54,778 bases of DNA from Prorocentrum cordatum (GCA_963575745.1 CAUYUJ010000211.1:62001-116778); one strand, 5' to 3'; positions 14,026 to 29,791 are shown, counted from the first letter of the stretch. Translations and numbers: made by a program. Notes: generated from the letters alone by a model not told the origin.

Positions 14026-14532
14026 TTGTTGTTGTTGTTGTAGTATGTAGTTGTCTGTGGTTGATTGTTGGTTGTGTCGTTGTCGTTGTCGTTGCCGTCG
14101 TCGTCGTCGTCGTCGTCGTCGTTCTCGTTGTTGTTGTTGTTGTTGTTGTTTTTGTTGTTGTTGTTTGTAGTGATGATCACGATGACGATGACGACGACAA
14201 TGATGATGATGCTGAGAATGATGATGATTCTGATGGTGATGCTGGTTATGGTGATGTTGATGAGGAGGATGAGGATGGTGATGCTGATGATGATGACGAT
14301 GAGGATGCTGCTGCTGCTGATGATGATGATGATGAGGACGATGATTCTGCTGATGATGATTATGCTGCTGATGATGACGATTATTGATGATGATAATGAT
14401 GATGATGTTGATGATGATGATGCTGATGACGATGATGATGATGGTCGTGGTGGTGATGATGGTGATGGTGGTGCTGCTGCTGATGATGATGGTGATGATG
14501 GTGATGATGATGCTGATGATGACGATGATGAC

Positions 14533-14619
<87 letters not shown>

Positions 14620-15646
14620 AGAAAGAACGTCTTCGGAACACGCGGGGGAGGTCGGGGGGGGAGGGTCGAACGGGGGTCCGAATCCTCCCCCTCCCCTGCC
14701 TCCCCAGAGTGAACCTCGGGAGGGGCCGACCTCCCCCCCCGGGCGCAGGCAAGCGAAGAGGACGACGGCGACGACGACCACGACCACGACCACCACGACC
14801 ACGACCACGACGACCACGACGACCACGACGACGACGACGACGTCGTGTCCCGCCCGCCAGCCAGACGACCGAGCCGCCCACGGCGACGACGATGTGTCTA
14901 ACCCACTCCTGGGTGTGGGTTCGAGCCCCCCCTCCCCCTGGCGCCCGCAAACGACGACTGCGAGGACGACAAGGACGACGGCGTGCCCCGCCCGCCGGCC
15001 CGACCGACTCGCCCTCCACGGCGTCTCCTGCCCGCCCGCCTGACCGACCGTCTCGCTGACGACGACGACGACGGTGACTACGAGGGGCGACGGTGACCGC
15101 GACCGCGACGACGCCCGTCGCGACGGACGATTTCGGCGATGACGTCGTTTGCCGGCGAGGGGGCAGGGGGAGGGTTCTGTCCACCCCGCCCCTTCGATCG
15201 ACCGACTCGCCGACGATGACGTCGACGGCGACGACGATGGCGTCGGCGACGACTCCCGTCGCGACGGACGGCGACGACGACGACGACGACTACGACGACG
15301 ACGCCGTTTGCTGGCGGCGGCGAGGGGAGGAGTCGAACCCCTTCCCAACGGCTATTGTGGGGAGGTTCACGGGGCAGGGTTATCGCCGGGCACGGGGGGG
15401 GGCGACTCCTGGTTCCGGAGAGGAGAGGGTGTGGGGGATTTTCGAAGGGGGCGGCGGTTCCCTGGGAGAGGGGGGTTGGCCACCAGTGCAGCGTACACAG
15501 AAGGTACCTCTCTTTGATGACGATGGTGATGATGGTGAAGATGATTACGATGATGATGATGGTGGTGATGATGACGACGGTGATGCTGATGATGATGCTG
15601 ATGGTATGATGATGATGTCGATGATGATGATGATGCTGATGATGAC

Positions 15647-15689
<43 letters not shown>

Positions 15690-15868
15690 CTGATGATGGT
15701 GTTTATGATGACGACGATGGTGATGATGATGAGGATATGTATGATGACGATTCTGACGATGCTGTTGATGATGCTGATGCTGATGACGCTGATGTTGATA
15801 TGCTAATAATGATGAGGATAATGATAATGGTGGTCGTGATGATGATGATGATGATTTGGACGATGATC

Positions 15869-15918
<50 letters not shown>

Positions 15919-16500
15919 AATGATGATGATATGATGGTGATGATGATGACGATGATGATGATTCTTATTATTATGCTGACGATGATGATGATGTATGATG
16001 ATGATGCTCATGGCGAGACTGCCGCTGCTGATGCTGATTCGCAAACTGCTGCTGATGCTGCTGATGCTTATGATGATGCTGTTGACGATGATGATGACTA
16101 TGGCGATGACGACGACGATGATTATGATGCTGAGGATGATGGTGCTGGTGGTGAAGCTGATGATGCTGATGATGATGATGATGACGATGCTGATGTTGCT
16201 GCTGATGCTGCTGCTGATGATGATGATCATGCTGCTGATTTTGATGATGATGATGATGATTATGATTGGGAGTATCTTGAGAGGGGATGCTGCTGATGAT
16301 GAGGATGATTATGATGATTATGATGATTATGATTATGATGCTGCTGCTGATGATGATGAGGATGATGCCGATGAGGATGATGGTGTTTGCGATGCCGATG
16401 ATGAAGTTGATGATGATTATGATGATGATAAGGGTGATGCTGATGACAGTGATGATGTTGGTGGTGATGATGGTGGTGGTGTTGATGATGGCGATGATTA
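14025..16500 (+). repeat. (GTT)n/(GAT)n/(GAC)n compound microsatellite field
   Basis: Directly visible. Confidence 0.9.
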
Positions 16501-16759
16501 CTCACTGCGTGGAGCTCCCCATATGTGCATCCTTTTTTAAAGGTAATATTGTATATGGGTCTACAGGAACACACGTAAAACACCATGGACTCGTGCCCCA
16601 GGAGAGGCCCAATATATAGGAACAAAAGTAAAACAAGTAGGATTGCTTACACAGGAGAAGGACAATATATAGAAACATACGTAGAACATCAAAGAATCGT
16701 GCTCCAGGTGAGGCCCAATCGATAGGAGCATACGTAAAACACATGGGATTGGAGCCACT

Positions 16760-17020
16760 CCTGTTGCCTTCTGAGGCCTCCTGCTCCTGGGGCCTCTCGG
16801 GGCCTCCTGTTGCCTTCCGAGGCCTCCTGGCGCTTCCTGTTGCCTCCTGGGGCCTCCTGTGGTTTCCTGAGGCCTTCTGGAGCTTCCTGGGGCCTCCTGG
16901 AGCCTCTTGGGACATCCTGTGGCCTCTTGAGTCTTTCTGTGGCCTCCTGATGCCTCCTGGGACCTCATGTGGTCTCCTGGGGCCTCCTGGAGCCTGTTGG
17001 AGCCTCCTGTGGCATCCTGA
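16760..17020 (+). repeat. Degenerate 10-bp repeat (GGCCTCCTGN)n
   Basis: Directly visible. Confidence 0.85.
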
Positions 17021-17099
17021 GAAGAATCTGCGCCCACGAGCCTGGCCACCAAAACAGCAAACCGATCGAGACATCCTCAAAATCTGGCCCACCTGGGGG

Positions 17100-18355
17100 G
17101 TGAAAATGAGCGCCTCGCTCGAGACATCCTCCAAATCTGCTCCGAAAGCGAAGGATGTTGGGCACAGAAACAGGCAAACCGCCTGAGACATCCCCACAAA
17201 ATGGCCGCGAACGAGCCCGTGCAACCACCCCTGGCGGCTCCCCTTAGGGGTGCTGAAATGAGCGCCTCGCTCGAGACATCCTCCAAATCTGCTCCGAAAG
17301 CGAAGGATGTTGGGCACAGAAACAGGCAAACCGCCTGAGACATCCCCACAAAATGGCCGCGAACGAGCCCGTGCAACCACCCCTGGCGGCTCCCCTTAGG
17401 GGTGCTGAAATGAGCGCCTCGCTCGAGACATCCTCCAAATCTGCTCCGAAAGCGAAGGATGTTGGGCACAGAAACAAGCAAACCGCCTGAGACATCCCCA
17501 CAAAATGGCCGCGAACGAGCCCGTGCAACCACCCCTGGCGGCTCCCCTTAGGGGTGCTGAAATGAGCGCCTCGCTCGAGACATCCTCCAAATCTGCTCCG
17601 AAAGCGAAGGATGTTGGCAAGAAACAGGCAAACCGCCTGAGACATCCCCACAAAACGGCCGCGAACGGGACCGTGCAACACCCCTCGGCGGCTCCCCTTA
17701 GGGCTGCTGAAATGAGCGCCTCGCTCGAGACATCCTCCAAATCTGCTCTCCAAGCGAAGGATGTTGGCAAGACAAACAGGCAAACCGCCTGAGACATCCC
17801 CACAAAACGGCCGCGAACGGGACCGTGCAACACCCCTCGGCGGCTCCCCTTAGGGCTGCTGAAATGAGCGCCTCGCTCGAGACATCCTCCAAATCTGCTC
17901 TCCAAGCGAAGGATGTTGGCAAGACAAACAGGCAAACCGCCTGAGACATCCCCACAAAACGGCCGCGAACGGGACCGTGCAACACCCCTCGGCGGCTCCC
18001 CTTAGGGCTGCTGAAATGAGCGCCTCGCTCGAGACATCCTCCAAATCTGCTCTCCAAGCGAAGGATGTTGGCAAGACAAACAGGCAAACCGCCTGAGACA
18101 TCCCCACAAAACGGCCGCGAACGGGACCGTGCAACACCCCTCGGCGGCTCCCCTTAGGGCTGCTGAAATGAGCGCCTCGCTCGAGACATCCTCCAAATCT
18201 GCTCTCCAAGCGAAGGATGTTGGCAAGACAAACAGGCAAACCGCCTGAGACATCCCCACAAAACGGCCGCGAACGGGACCGTGCAACACCCCTCGGCGGC
18301 TCCCCTTAGGGGTGCTGAAACCAGCGCCCCGCCTGAGACATCCTCGCAATCTGCT
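17100..18355 (+). repeat. 152-bp satellite, 8 full copies plus a partial, two sub-types
   Basis: AAATGAGCGCCTCGCTCGAGACATCC recurs at ~17103, 17255, 17407, 17559, 17709, 17861, 18013 and 18165, with a diverged start at 18317. Confidence 0.97.
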
Positions 18356-18374
18356 GTTTATCGAATAAGTCAGA

Positions 18375-18630
18375 CAATGAGAAGGTCTGAGTATGAGTAA
18401 TTCTGAGTATGAGTAAGTCTGTGTATGAGGAACTCTGAGTAAAAGGAGGAGGAGAAGGAGGAAGTCTGAGTATGAGTAAGTCTGAGTATGAGTAGGTCTG
18501 GGTATGAGTAGGTCTGAGTATGAGTAAGTTAATGTGATCAGGTCTGAGTATGAGTGAGTCTGTGTATGAGTAAGTCTGTGTATGAGTAAGTCTGTGTATG
18601 AGTGAATCTGAGTATGAGTGAGTCTAAGTA
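18375..18630 (+). repeat. 16-bp repeat (GTCTGAGTATGAGTAA)n
   Basis: Directly visible. Confidence 0.9.
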
Positions 18631-20269
18631 GGAGGAGACGAGAAGAGGGGAGAAGGAGAATGAGGAGTAGGAGGCGTCCAAGTAATAACAAGAACCCCAT
18701 CTTAGGATATGGGGAATTATTATTACCATGTTGATGATGATGCTGCTGATGCTGCTGATGATGATGATGAGGAGGAGGAGGAGGAGGAGGAGGAGGAGTG
18801 GAAGGAGGAGGAGGATGATGGAGAGGAGGAGCTTAACACCCAGAGCTCTTCATTAGCCTTCATCGCCCTGAGAAGGAAAAGAGGGGGAGGAGGCTCGCAG
18901 GAGCATCGTAGTGCACTGCTGATGCCCTTGAGGATCGGCGTAGCCCTGTGGAGTCGGGTGGGGCACATGGGCTCTCCCATACTTGAAGCGGTGCTCGTGA
19001 AGATTGGGACGGCAAGCCTTCTGTTCCCAGACTCTGAAACAGGGACGTTGTTGGCACCTGGTATTGGTGGATGCTATTTGTAGTCAACGCACCCCGAGAA
19101 AGACCCTTCTTCTCGACCTGTAGTGTTCGACGGGGTGGCGCTCTGGGGTAGCCCCTATCGCCGCCGAGCGTACAGGTGCAACCTCACGTTGCGTGTCTCA
19201 CCGCCTGCTCCTCCGCAGGAAGGACTGCCGTCCCGGTGGTGACGGGGGGGACCCGGCCCACAACGCGGCAACATCCGAGACCTGCTCTGCAGCAGGCCGG
19301 GGCGTCACCCACGGGGTGTCAGGGGGACCTGCTCCACCGCAGGGCGGCTCACCACTCCGGGGGCGGCACGGGTGGCCAGCTCTCGGGCAGGACGTTCGCC
19401 CCCCTCCAGGGTGAACGGGGCGGGCCCGCGCCGCTCTCGGGCAGGACGCTCGCCCCCCCAAGGGGGAACGGGGCGGACCCGCGCCATTGCCGCCACTGCC
19501 GCCGCTGGAGGGGTCACAGGGGCCCTGCTGCACAGAAGGGCCGACCGCCTCCCTGGGGAGGGTCTGCGGGCCCCCTCCGCAGCTGGGCATCTTTCCATCC
19601 TGGGGGTGCCAAGGGCGACCTGCTCCAACGCGGTGTAATCGCCGCGCTAAGGGTGACGGTTTTCGGTTCCCCAGCACGACGGGTCGCCGGCCTACCAGCG
19701 ACAAGGTGAACCCGATTGACAGCAGGGCGGAACGCCACCCGAGGGGACGATGGGTCGACGCATGCTCGAAGACAAGGCGATCACCGCTCTTCGACCGCCA
19801 GCCAAAGCATACGTCGATTCAGTGCGCCCAGGGCGTCGTGCCCCCCCGAGCGCGCCTGCATACACCAGCGCATGGCGTCAACAGCTGTCCCCCCCCGCCG
19901 CGGATGCACCGCTCGGCGCGCGGCTGCGCCACAGCGTTTTGGCTTTCGTCGGTTGCGCCCCGCCTACCCGCGGCGGCCTCCCGGGGACCTCGTGCTCCTC
20001 GTGGTGCGGAGGGACGGGTGGCAGGCGCTCCCGGATGCGGGGAGAGGAGACAGGGATGACACGGAGGGCGGATTCAGAAGCACCCTCCTTGGCTCCCACT
20101 CGCTACGGCTGCAGTGCAGCGCGGGGTCGCGAATTCCGTCGGTCCGGATGCCCCCCCACCACCTTTCAACGGCTGGGGCAATCAACAACATTGGGCCCCC
20201 CCTGTGAGGGGAATGGGAAAGGCGATTCTTCCTGTAGCGTTCTTTGGCATGTCATCGTTTTAAGGGAGA

Positions 20270-21812
20270 CGAGCCGTGATGAACGGATAGATGTGAGAGC
20301 GTGCAGGACCACTGACCTTGCCGCCAGATAGTGTCCTTGAGGCGACTGCTTCGCAACGGGGTTTGCGCGCAGAATCTGTGGATGCACGACAGCTGGCGTT
20401 GCTGCAGGGCAGCGTCCCAAAAGGAACGAACCATGGTAATCAGGTCAACGTGAGAGGGTGCAGGACCGTCGGCTTTGCCGCCAGGCTGTGTCCTTGGAAC
20501 AACTGTCTTGCGACAGGGCAAATGTGCACAATCTGTTGACGTACGAAAGCGCTGCTGCCAGCCAGTGCCCAGGAATGGGACGAACCGTGGTAACAGGAGA
20601 GACGTGGGAGTGCGCAGGGCTGCCGGCCTTGCTACCGGGCAGTGTCCTTGAGGCTGGTGCCTCGCGACGGGAGTAATCGCGCAGAATCTGTGGACTCACG
20701 AAAACTGGCAAAGCCGCCAGTCAGAGTCCAAGAGGAGACGGACTGCGGTAATCGGGGAGGCGCGCCGTGGTAGCGTGTAGCGGATGTATGCGCGAGTGTG
20801 TCGGGCCGCTGGCCTTGCTGCTGGGCCGTGTCCTTGAGGCGCATGCGACATGGGTTGGCGTTCTTAGTCTGTGGATGCACGAATGCCAGCATGGCGGAGG
20901 AGCAGCATGCACAGGAGGGGTAGGAGAAGCAGGAGTAGGAGGACGGGCCGGAAGAATGGGATTCATAGTGAGGACGAGTGACGATGGCAACTGCCTCGCG
21001 ACGGGGGTGAGCGTGCATAATCAGGCTGGCAGTGCCGCAATCCAGCGCCCCGAACCTCCAGTAATGGGTAGTCGTGAGAGTTTGCAGGGCCGCTGGCCTT
21101 GCCGCCAGGTTGTGTCCTTGCGGCAACCGCTTCGCGACGAGGGTCGGCGTGCAGGATTCGTAGATGCACGAAAGCTTGTAATGTTGCCAGGAGGCGTCCA
21201 GAATGAGACGAACCGTGGTAACACGGGCGACGCGAGAGTGTGCAGGACCGTCGGCCTTGCCGATGAGCTGTCTCCTCGTGTCCACTGCCTCGCGAGTCAA
21301 CTGCCTCGCGACGGGGGTGAGCGTGCACGGGTGACAGCCTTGCTTCCAGCCTTGCTTCCAGCCAGCGTCGCAAAGGATACGTAACGTGGTAAACGGAGAG
21401 ACGTGAGAGTATGCAGGACCGCCGGCCTTGCCGCCAGTCTGTGTCCTTGAGGCACCTCGCGACAGGGTGAGGGCGCACAATCCGTAGATGCACGACAGCT
21501 GGCATCGCCGCCGGGCAGCGTCCGAAACGAAACGGACCGTTGTAACCACGGAAACGTGAGTTCGTGCAGGACCGCTAGCCTTGCCGATGGGCTCAGTCCT
21601 TGAAGAAACTGCCTCGCGACGGAGATGAGGGTGCATAGATGTGAATGTGCGAGTGCTGGCTGGCATTGCCCGCAGCCAGCGTCCAAAATGAAACGTACCG
21701 CGGTAACGTGTAGCGGATGTAGGCCTTGCCGCCGGGCTGTGTCCTTGAGGCACATGCCTCGCGACGTGGGTGAGCGTTCTTAGCCTGTAGATGCACGGAA
21801 GCCAGCATTGCG
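20270..21812 (+). repeat. Old, diverged ~155-170-bp tandem array (~9 units)
   Basis: GTGCAGGACC..GCCTTGCCGCC..GTGTCCTTGAGG..CCTCGCGACGG..GTGGATGCACGA recurs at ~20300, 20458, 20610, 20800, 21082, 21240, 21411, 21564 and 21720. Confidence 0.85.
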
Positions 21813-21894
21813 GAGAAGAAGGAGGAACAGGAGGAACAGGATAAGCAAGAATAGGTGGAGGGGCCGTAAGAATGGGATGAAAAGTGAGGGGGAT

Positions 21895-24060
<2,166 letters not shown>

Positions 24061-24082
24061 GAAACAAGGGTGCCCCCATCAG

Positions 24083-24155
24083 GCACTGCCTGGGCATGGT
24101 TGTCATCGGCGGTGCTTTCCTCCTCGCGGACGAACTCTCAGGAGGGTTCGTGGAG
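24083..24155 (+). CDS. Exon of the same transporter: (G)HCLGMVVIGGAFLLADELSGGFVE
   Basis: CAG|G acceptor at 24080-24083. The first G completes GG|G (Gly) and restores WGCGH, followed by a hydrophobic helix. GAG|GC donor at 24156. Confidence 0.85.
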
Positions 24156-24699
24156 GCTTTCCCAGGAGGGATGTGGAAGGAGGTGGGGGGAGTGATGCGA
24201 GGCAAGGGGGAGGAAAGAGAAAGGATGAGGACACCCCTCCTGCCTCTTCCCCTCTCTCTCTGTCTCTCTCCATTTTCCTGCGCCTGCCCTTCCTCCTTCT
24301 TCCTTTCCCGTTCCCTTGCCCCCCTGCCCAATCTGGTCTCTCCCTTTCTCTTTCTTGTTATTCTCTCTCTCTCTCTCTTTCTCTGTCTCTCGCTCTCTCT
24401 CTTTCTCTCTCTCTCTGTCTTTCTCTGTCTCTCTCTCTCTATCTCTCCCCTCTCTCTCTCTCTCTTTCTCGCTCTTCTCTCTTATCCGTTATGGCTGTAT
24501 CTTTGTGTTCGCGTGTCTATTTCGCTGTATCGTTACATTTTTATGTTATGCATCTCCGTCGATGCCTCTTTCCTTCTCGCTTTCCCATTCCCTCTCTCTC
24601 TGTCCCCTTCCCTTCCCCCTCCCCCCCTCTTTCCGTTTCCCCCCAATGCTGTCTTTTCTTCTCCTCCACCTTTTTCTCCTTCTCCATGCCCTTTCCCTG

Positions 24700-25403
24700 T
24701 AGATCGGAGGTTAGGGGGCGAGGTCGCAGTGGAATGGACAGCCCCTCCAGCGGGAAATCGATTTCGGTTTCGTGTTTGTGTCGTGCGCCTGGGCGAGGCG
24801 AAGCTGCGTGGGCGCGCGAGAAGAGTGATGCCGCCGTGGCTAGGGGCTGTGCTGGAGCCCGTTGTCCGCCCCCAACCCCCCCGGGCGCGCGGCGGCTGGG
24901 GGTGTCCCGTCGGTGGCGTGTCGGTGTACCGTCGGTGTCCCGGCAGTGTCGCCGCCGTGGCTGGGGGCTGTGGAGCCGGTTGTCCGCTCCTTCCCCCCCC
25001 CGGGCGCGCGGTGGCCGGGGGTGTCCCGTCGGTGGCGCGTCGGTGTCCCGTCGGTGTTCCGTGTCCCCGAGCAGGGCGGCGCGAGCCAGTGTCCCCGAGC
25101 AGGGCGGCGAGGTCGATAGTGAGATCGTGGGGGAGATCGAGTGTGAGATCCATTGTGAGATCGATCGTGAGATTTGTTGTGAGATGGATGGTGAGATCGC
25201 TTGTGAGATCTATGCTGGGATCGACATTGAGATCGATGATGAGATCGACTGTGAGATCGATTGGGAGGTCGATTATGAGACTGATCGTGAGAACACTGTT
25301 CTGAGATCGATCGTGAGAGATCGATCGTGAGTTCGATTGTCAAATCGACGGTGAGATCGATTGGGAGATCGATAGTGCGATCTGTTGTGAAATCGATCGT
25401 TGC
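24700..25403 (-). repeat. Inverted relative of the 1860-3795 element: head module plus 12-bp array (GAGATCGATTGT)n at ~25110-25400
   Basis: 24753-24812 is a reverse-complement relative of ~3705-3757, followed by a 12-bp-period array. Confidence 0.75.
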
Positions 25404-25689
25404 CAACCCGAGGGCGCATCACCGACATAATCCTCATCACAAACACCAATATTGCGATCAGTTTTTTTTCCGTCCACCTCCTTAACGCCCGAAGGGTGGT
25501 CGTATAGGTAGCTCTTCTGTACCGCGCATCCAGGCCTGTCGGTAGGGCGGGCCGCGCGTTTCGCTTGAGCCTTCCTCACCGCTTTGAATCCTGAAGTTTG
25601 AAAGCCTCAGCAGTTGCAAGGACGGGGCTCGTGTGGTTTTGAAAACGGGGATCTCGCCGTAGCGCCGTGCACATCCGTCTTACAAGCTT

Positions 25690-26490
25690 GTAGCTTGCAG
25701 CAGTCGCAAAGATGGAGGGCGGGTCGTGGAGCGTGGGTGCCCTCCGCTGCGTTAGTCGCGGAGCGTATCCCCTGGGAACGCAAGCGCTTCGAGCAGCAGG
25801 CCCAGGGTATCGAGCCCCTCGAGCCCTGCTCCTCCAAGCGCTGACCTGTGAACCTTCTCGATGTTGGCCTTTGCCTCGACATGCTGTTTGTCGAGGTCCT
25901 TGAGACGCTGCTTCTCTGACGCGATTTGCTCCGCAATCTTGGATTGCTGCTTTTCCAGCTCGCCGAACTTGTGGGTGCACTGCCACTTATGCTACTCTTT
26001 GGATCCTCCTCGCACTTGGCGGCCAGTTTCCCGAGCGTGTCTGCGATGTCCTTGCCTGCATCATCTCCTCCGAACTCTTCCTTGAGCTCGATGAAAGCTG
26101 CGTGATTGACTGGCGTCGAGTTGCGCTTGAGGTACGCGAGGGAAACGATCAGGCCACAGTCCTGCACGCACGTTAACACCAATGTCGACGCGGCCTACCA
26201 GACGTCCCTCGCCATCCTCCACGAGGCAGCCGACGAAGCCGAGAATGAAGGTGACGCAGCTATGGAAGGAGTTGCCAGCAGCTCTGGCGGTGGCGGTCTC
26301 AGGCCTGGTGCTGATGGGGCACCCGCTCGCGGCCAAAGCGCTGGCAGCCGAGGAGCGGCACTACCACCCGAGCAAGGGCCCGACTGGGAAGACCCAGACC
26401 TGCTGGACAAACTCACCGCCAAAAGGCCGCCGGATGAAGGACCAGAGGATTGGAAACCACGCCACGTGGAGATCCTTGCAGCAGCGGCCG
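25690..26490. pseudogene. Putative LINE ORF1 remnant with a block reading on the - strand
   Basis: The + strand gives a Cys/Trp-containing start (SWSVGALRCVSRGAYP) and an acidic C-terminal part (NVDAAYQTSLAILHEAADEAENEGDAAMEG...). The - strand of ~25801-26160 gives a coiled-coil-like reading (ELKEEFGGDDAGKDIADTLGKLAAK / KFGELEKQQSKIAEQIASEKQRLKDLDKQHVEAKANIEK). Confidence 0.5.
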
Positions 26491-29400
26491 AGAGGCAGAC
26501 AGTTCAACGGCATCGTGTGCCGCGCGTTCAACGCCGACACCGAATGCAAGTTCCGCGACGCCCTAGACTGGATCGAGGAGAGGGCCATCGTGCCGGTAGA
26601 GGCGGCGCTCGGACAGACCAGGGAGGCATTTTCCGACGAGGCCTTTCGCAGCCAGGCTGGGTCTTCTTGCGTGGCACCCGAGTCAAGGAGAGCGGCCTCG
26701 AGCAGGTCAGGCGATGGCACGACGAGAGGGGCTTCGACTTCGACCTGGTGGCAATCGAAGCCATTGGCGAAGCGGCCTCAGCAGTCTCGGGCGGTGCTGG
26801 GCTTAACGCGAGATGACGCTGGGCCGCAGCCGCGCGCGACGCCGACTACGCCCAGCCGCGCAGGGTGCTCAGCCAGATCTTCATGATTAGTGGCAAGGTG
26901 GGGTTGGGCACCGCCACCGCTGTCTACCTGCGGGATGGGGATGGGGCTCAGCGACAGCAGCTCCGAGATCCTATGGGGCCCCGCCTTCAGGTTGAGGGGG
27001 GGGGCCCAACACCCTTTGACTTCAACGTGGAGCCGCGCCGCCAGGCGCCCTCTCCGAGATGGACTTGGATGCTGCGGGCAAGGAGTTCCAGCACCGCACG
27101 CGCCCGCGTCGGCCAGTCCCCAGCGCGCCTGGGCCCCCGCCATAGCCCAGTCCTCTTCGAGCTCCGCGGGCTCATGGAGGACAAGTCTGCGCGGCAAATC
27201 AAGAAGTTCGCTGGGCCCCCCCTGGACGGGCCGATCGGCTTCCAGCCGGCGCCGCCCAGCGGGGCTGGGGCTGGCCATCTGGCACGGGGCCCCCAGAGCC
27301 AGACGCAGCCGCGTGGCAGTGGGTCCACGGCGCCAAGGAGCTCCTAGTCAAGTACCTCGAAAAGTACGGCGACGAGGGCCCTTCAGTTCAAGGGCAGGGA
27401 GGGGCCTCGGGTTTCAGTTCCAGCAGGGCAGCTTGCAGCAGGCGGCCAGGGGGAGATGGCCGCAGCTACGCCCCCAGATGTCGCATCGGTGGGGGGGCTT
27501 CGCTAGCGTGCTGCGGAGGCTCGCCCTCGTCGAGCGGACGCTGGCGCCGGACAGACGTCGGGCAGGCGGGGGGGGCGGCCGGCAGTGCCGGCGACGAAAA
27601 GCACTGGGGCCTCCTTATCAGGCGGCAGTAGCTGGTGGAGCGCATCACCCTCCGCCCTCGCCAAGGCTACGACGATGCCGGGGCCGGGCCGGGGCCTCCG
27701 TGGCCAAGCCGACCTTCGCCTTCGTCTGCGCGCAGCGCGCGCTCCTCCATGCTCAGAGGGCGGGCGTCGACGCCTCGCGGGCGGAGTGGGCCGACTGGGT
27801 CCAGGGCGCGGTCGGGAATGGGGGGGTGCTGGCGCGCCGCTTCGCCAAGCCATCGTCCGCGGCTGAAGCAATGGCCGCCGCCCCCGCCGACGACAAGGCA
27901 GTGCTCCTGCTCGGCGCCGGCGGGGCAGCGTAGCAGCTGCAAGCGGTTGGGAATGGGGGGTGCTGGCGCGCCGCTTCGCCGAGCCATAGTCCGCGGCTGA
28001 AGCAATGGCCGCCGCCCCCGCCGACGACAAGGCAGTGCTCCTGCTCGACGCCGGCGGGGCAGCGCAGCAGCTGCAAGCGGATTGGCTCTTCCCGTGGCAG
28101 GATGTCAGGATAGCTGGCGGAGGAGGGCGCCGCGTCCTGGCGGACTACCGACCCCCCTTCCCGCTTGGAGGTGGCCGACCCGAGAGACGTCATCAAGCGG
28201 TGAGGCAGGCCTGGGCGGCCTAGGCTGGGGCCAACTCCATCCCGGGCGCCTGCGGCTCCTGGGCGATTCTATATGGAGGCTGCTGTCCATTTTCGAGGGC
28301 CAGGAGGGGCCTGCCGCGCGCTTGCCGCGACTGGCTCACCGCCGCCGGCGAGCGCGGGCCCGCGTGGTTTGCCTGCTCTCAGACGTGCCCCTTGTCGGCG
28401 CGCGCGGGCAGGGGGGAGGCCGGGGTTCTGGGGGGGCGGGGGGGCCCTCCGTGAGAGCTGGTTCCTCGGGGCCTCCGACTTCGCCTTCGAGCGCGCAGGC
28501 AGGGCCCACCAGACAATCACCGCCGTCGCCCGCGAGAAGGGCCTCAGCTCAGGCACGGTGCTGGGGGGCCTCAGGGTGTGCCGCAGGCGCATCGGCCGCG
28601 TCAAGCTCAAGGTCGTTGCGTAGGCCGGAATCTTCGACGTCTAGCTTGTCAGGGCTGGTTGCGCGCTCTACGAGATCTGCGGGATCATCGCGCGCGACCG
28701 GGCCTGCAGCGACGTCCTTGGGGTCGACGGGGCGGTGCTGCCCGGGTACTCGCGCGCCGCCTGATTCGCCGCGCTCCCACCGTGCCGGTCTTCCAAGAGG
28801 GTCGCGGCGAAGCGCGTCGGCGCCGGGCTCGGGGGCGTCGTCGGCGACTTCGCCCGGCAATGCGTCGGGCGCCGGGAGGTGTCGGCCAGCGAGCTGCCAG
28901 GTCGCCGCCGCGATTTGCCTCCCGTGAATACAGGATCAGCGAGTTCCCGTCCACGCGGGCGAGCTCTGCTGCCTCGCGGATGCCCCCGCCGTGGCGACAG
29001 CTCTGGGGGAGTGTTGGCCGGGCGACAGCAACGGCAGGGCCATCGGCGGCAGGGGCCTCCGGCGCGACAGCCGCGATGGGAGGTGGGGGGCAGTCGGCGC
29101 GGTGGCGGCGAGTGCGTGCAAGAGCAGGGCCCGAGCCACGAGACTCCTTCGCCTAAGGGCGGCATGGGGGGCCCCGCGGTCGCGGCCTCCTCGAGGCCCG
29201 CGATCGCTGGCCTGGCCCCAATCGGCGCCCCGTGGCCTCCGAGTCTCAGCGGCTGGGGGCGAGGGCAAGCTGGCAGCGGGGGCCCCGCTGGAACTCCGAT
29301 TCCGTTGGTTCGCCGGGAGCTTCGCGAGGAACCATGCGGTCGTCGGCGCGGGGCTGGTGCTCGAGGAGTGCGCGGCGTGCTTCTGGCGCGGCCCGCCCGG

Positions 29401-29791
29401 CGTTCATCGTCGGCGCCCGCGGCCTGCTCCAGAGGGCCTGGCGCTCGCGGGTCCAGTGCAGGGGCCCAGTGGCAGCTGCGGCGCTCGCCGAGTGCATGCT
29501 GGGCTGGCAGCTGCTGGGCAGCAGGCGCGCCGCCGCCGACGTCGGGCAGCAGTTCGACCTCGCGAGGGCCCCCCCGCGTTGGCGCGGGAAGTGGGCGCGG
29601 GGGCCTAGTCGGCCGAGCGTGTCGGACTGGGCGGCCGCGCGGGCCCAGTGTCCCAGTCGCGAGGGGCCCCCTCATTCGGGGGGCCGGTCAGGAAGCTCGA
29701 CAAGCTGCGACCTCAACGGGGTTGGGGGCGCCACCGACGGTCAGCCCTCCGCTCAGCCACCGCGGGCTCCGCGGTCTGCAAGGCCAAACTC

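Noticed and set aside
17100..21812. 152-bp and ~157-bp periods as nucleosome-positioning or centromeric satellites
   Set aside because: Period length is the only support. The arrays are short and intronic.
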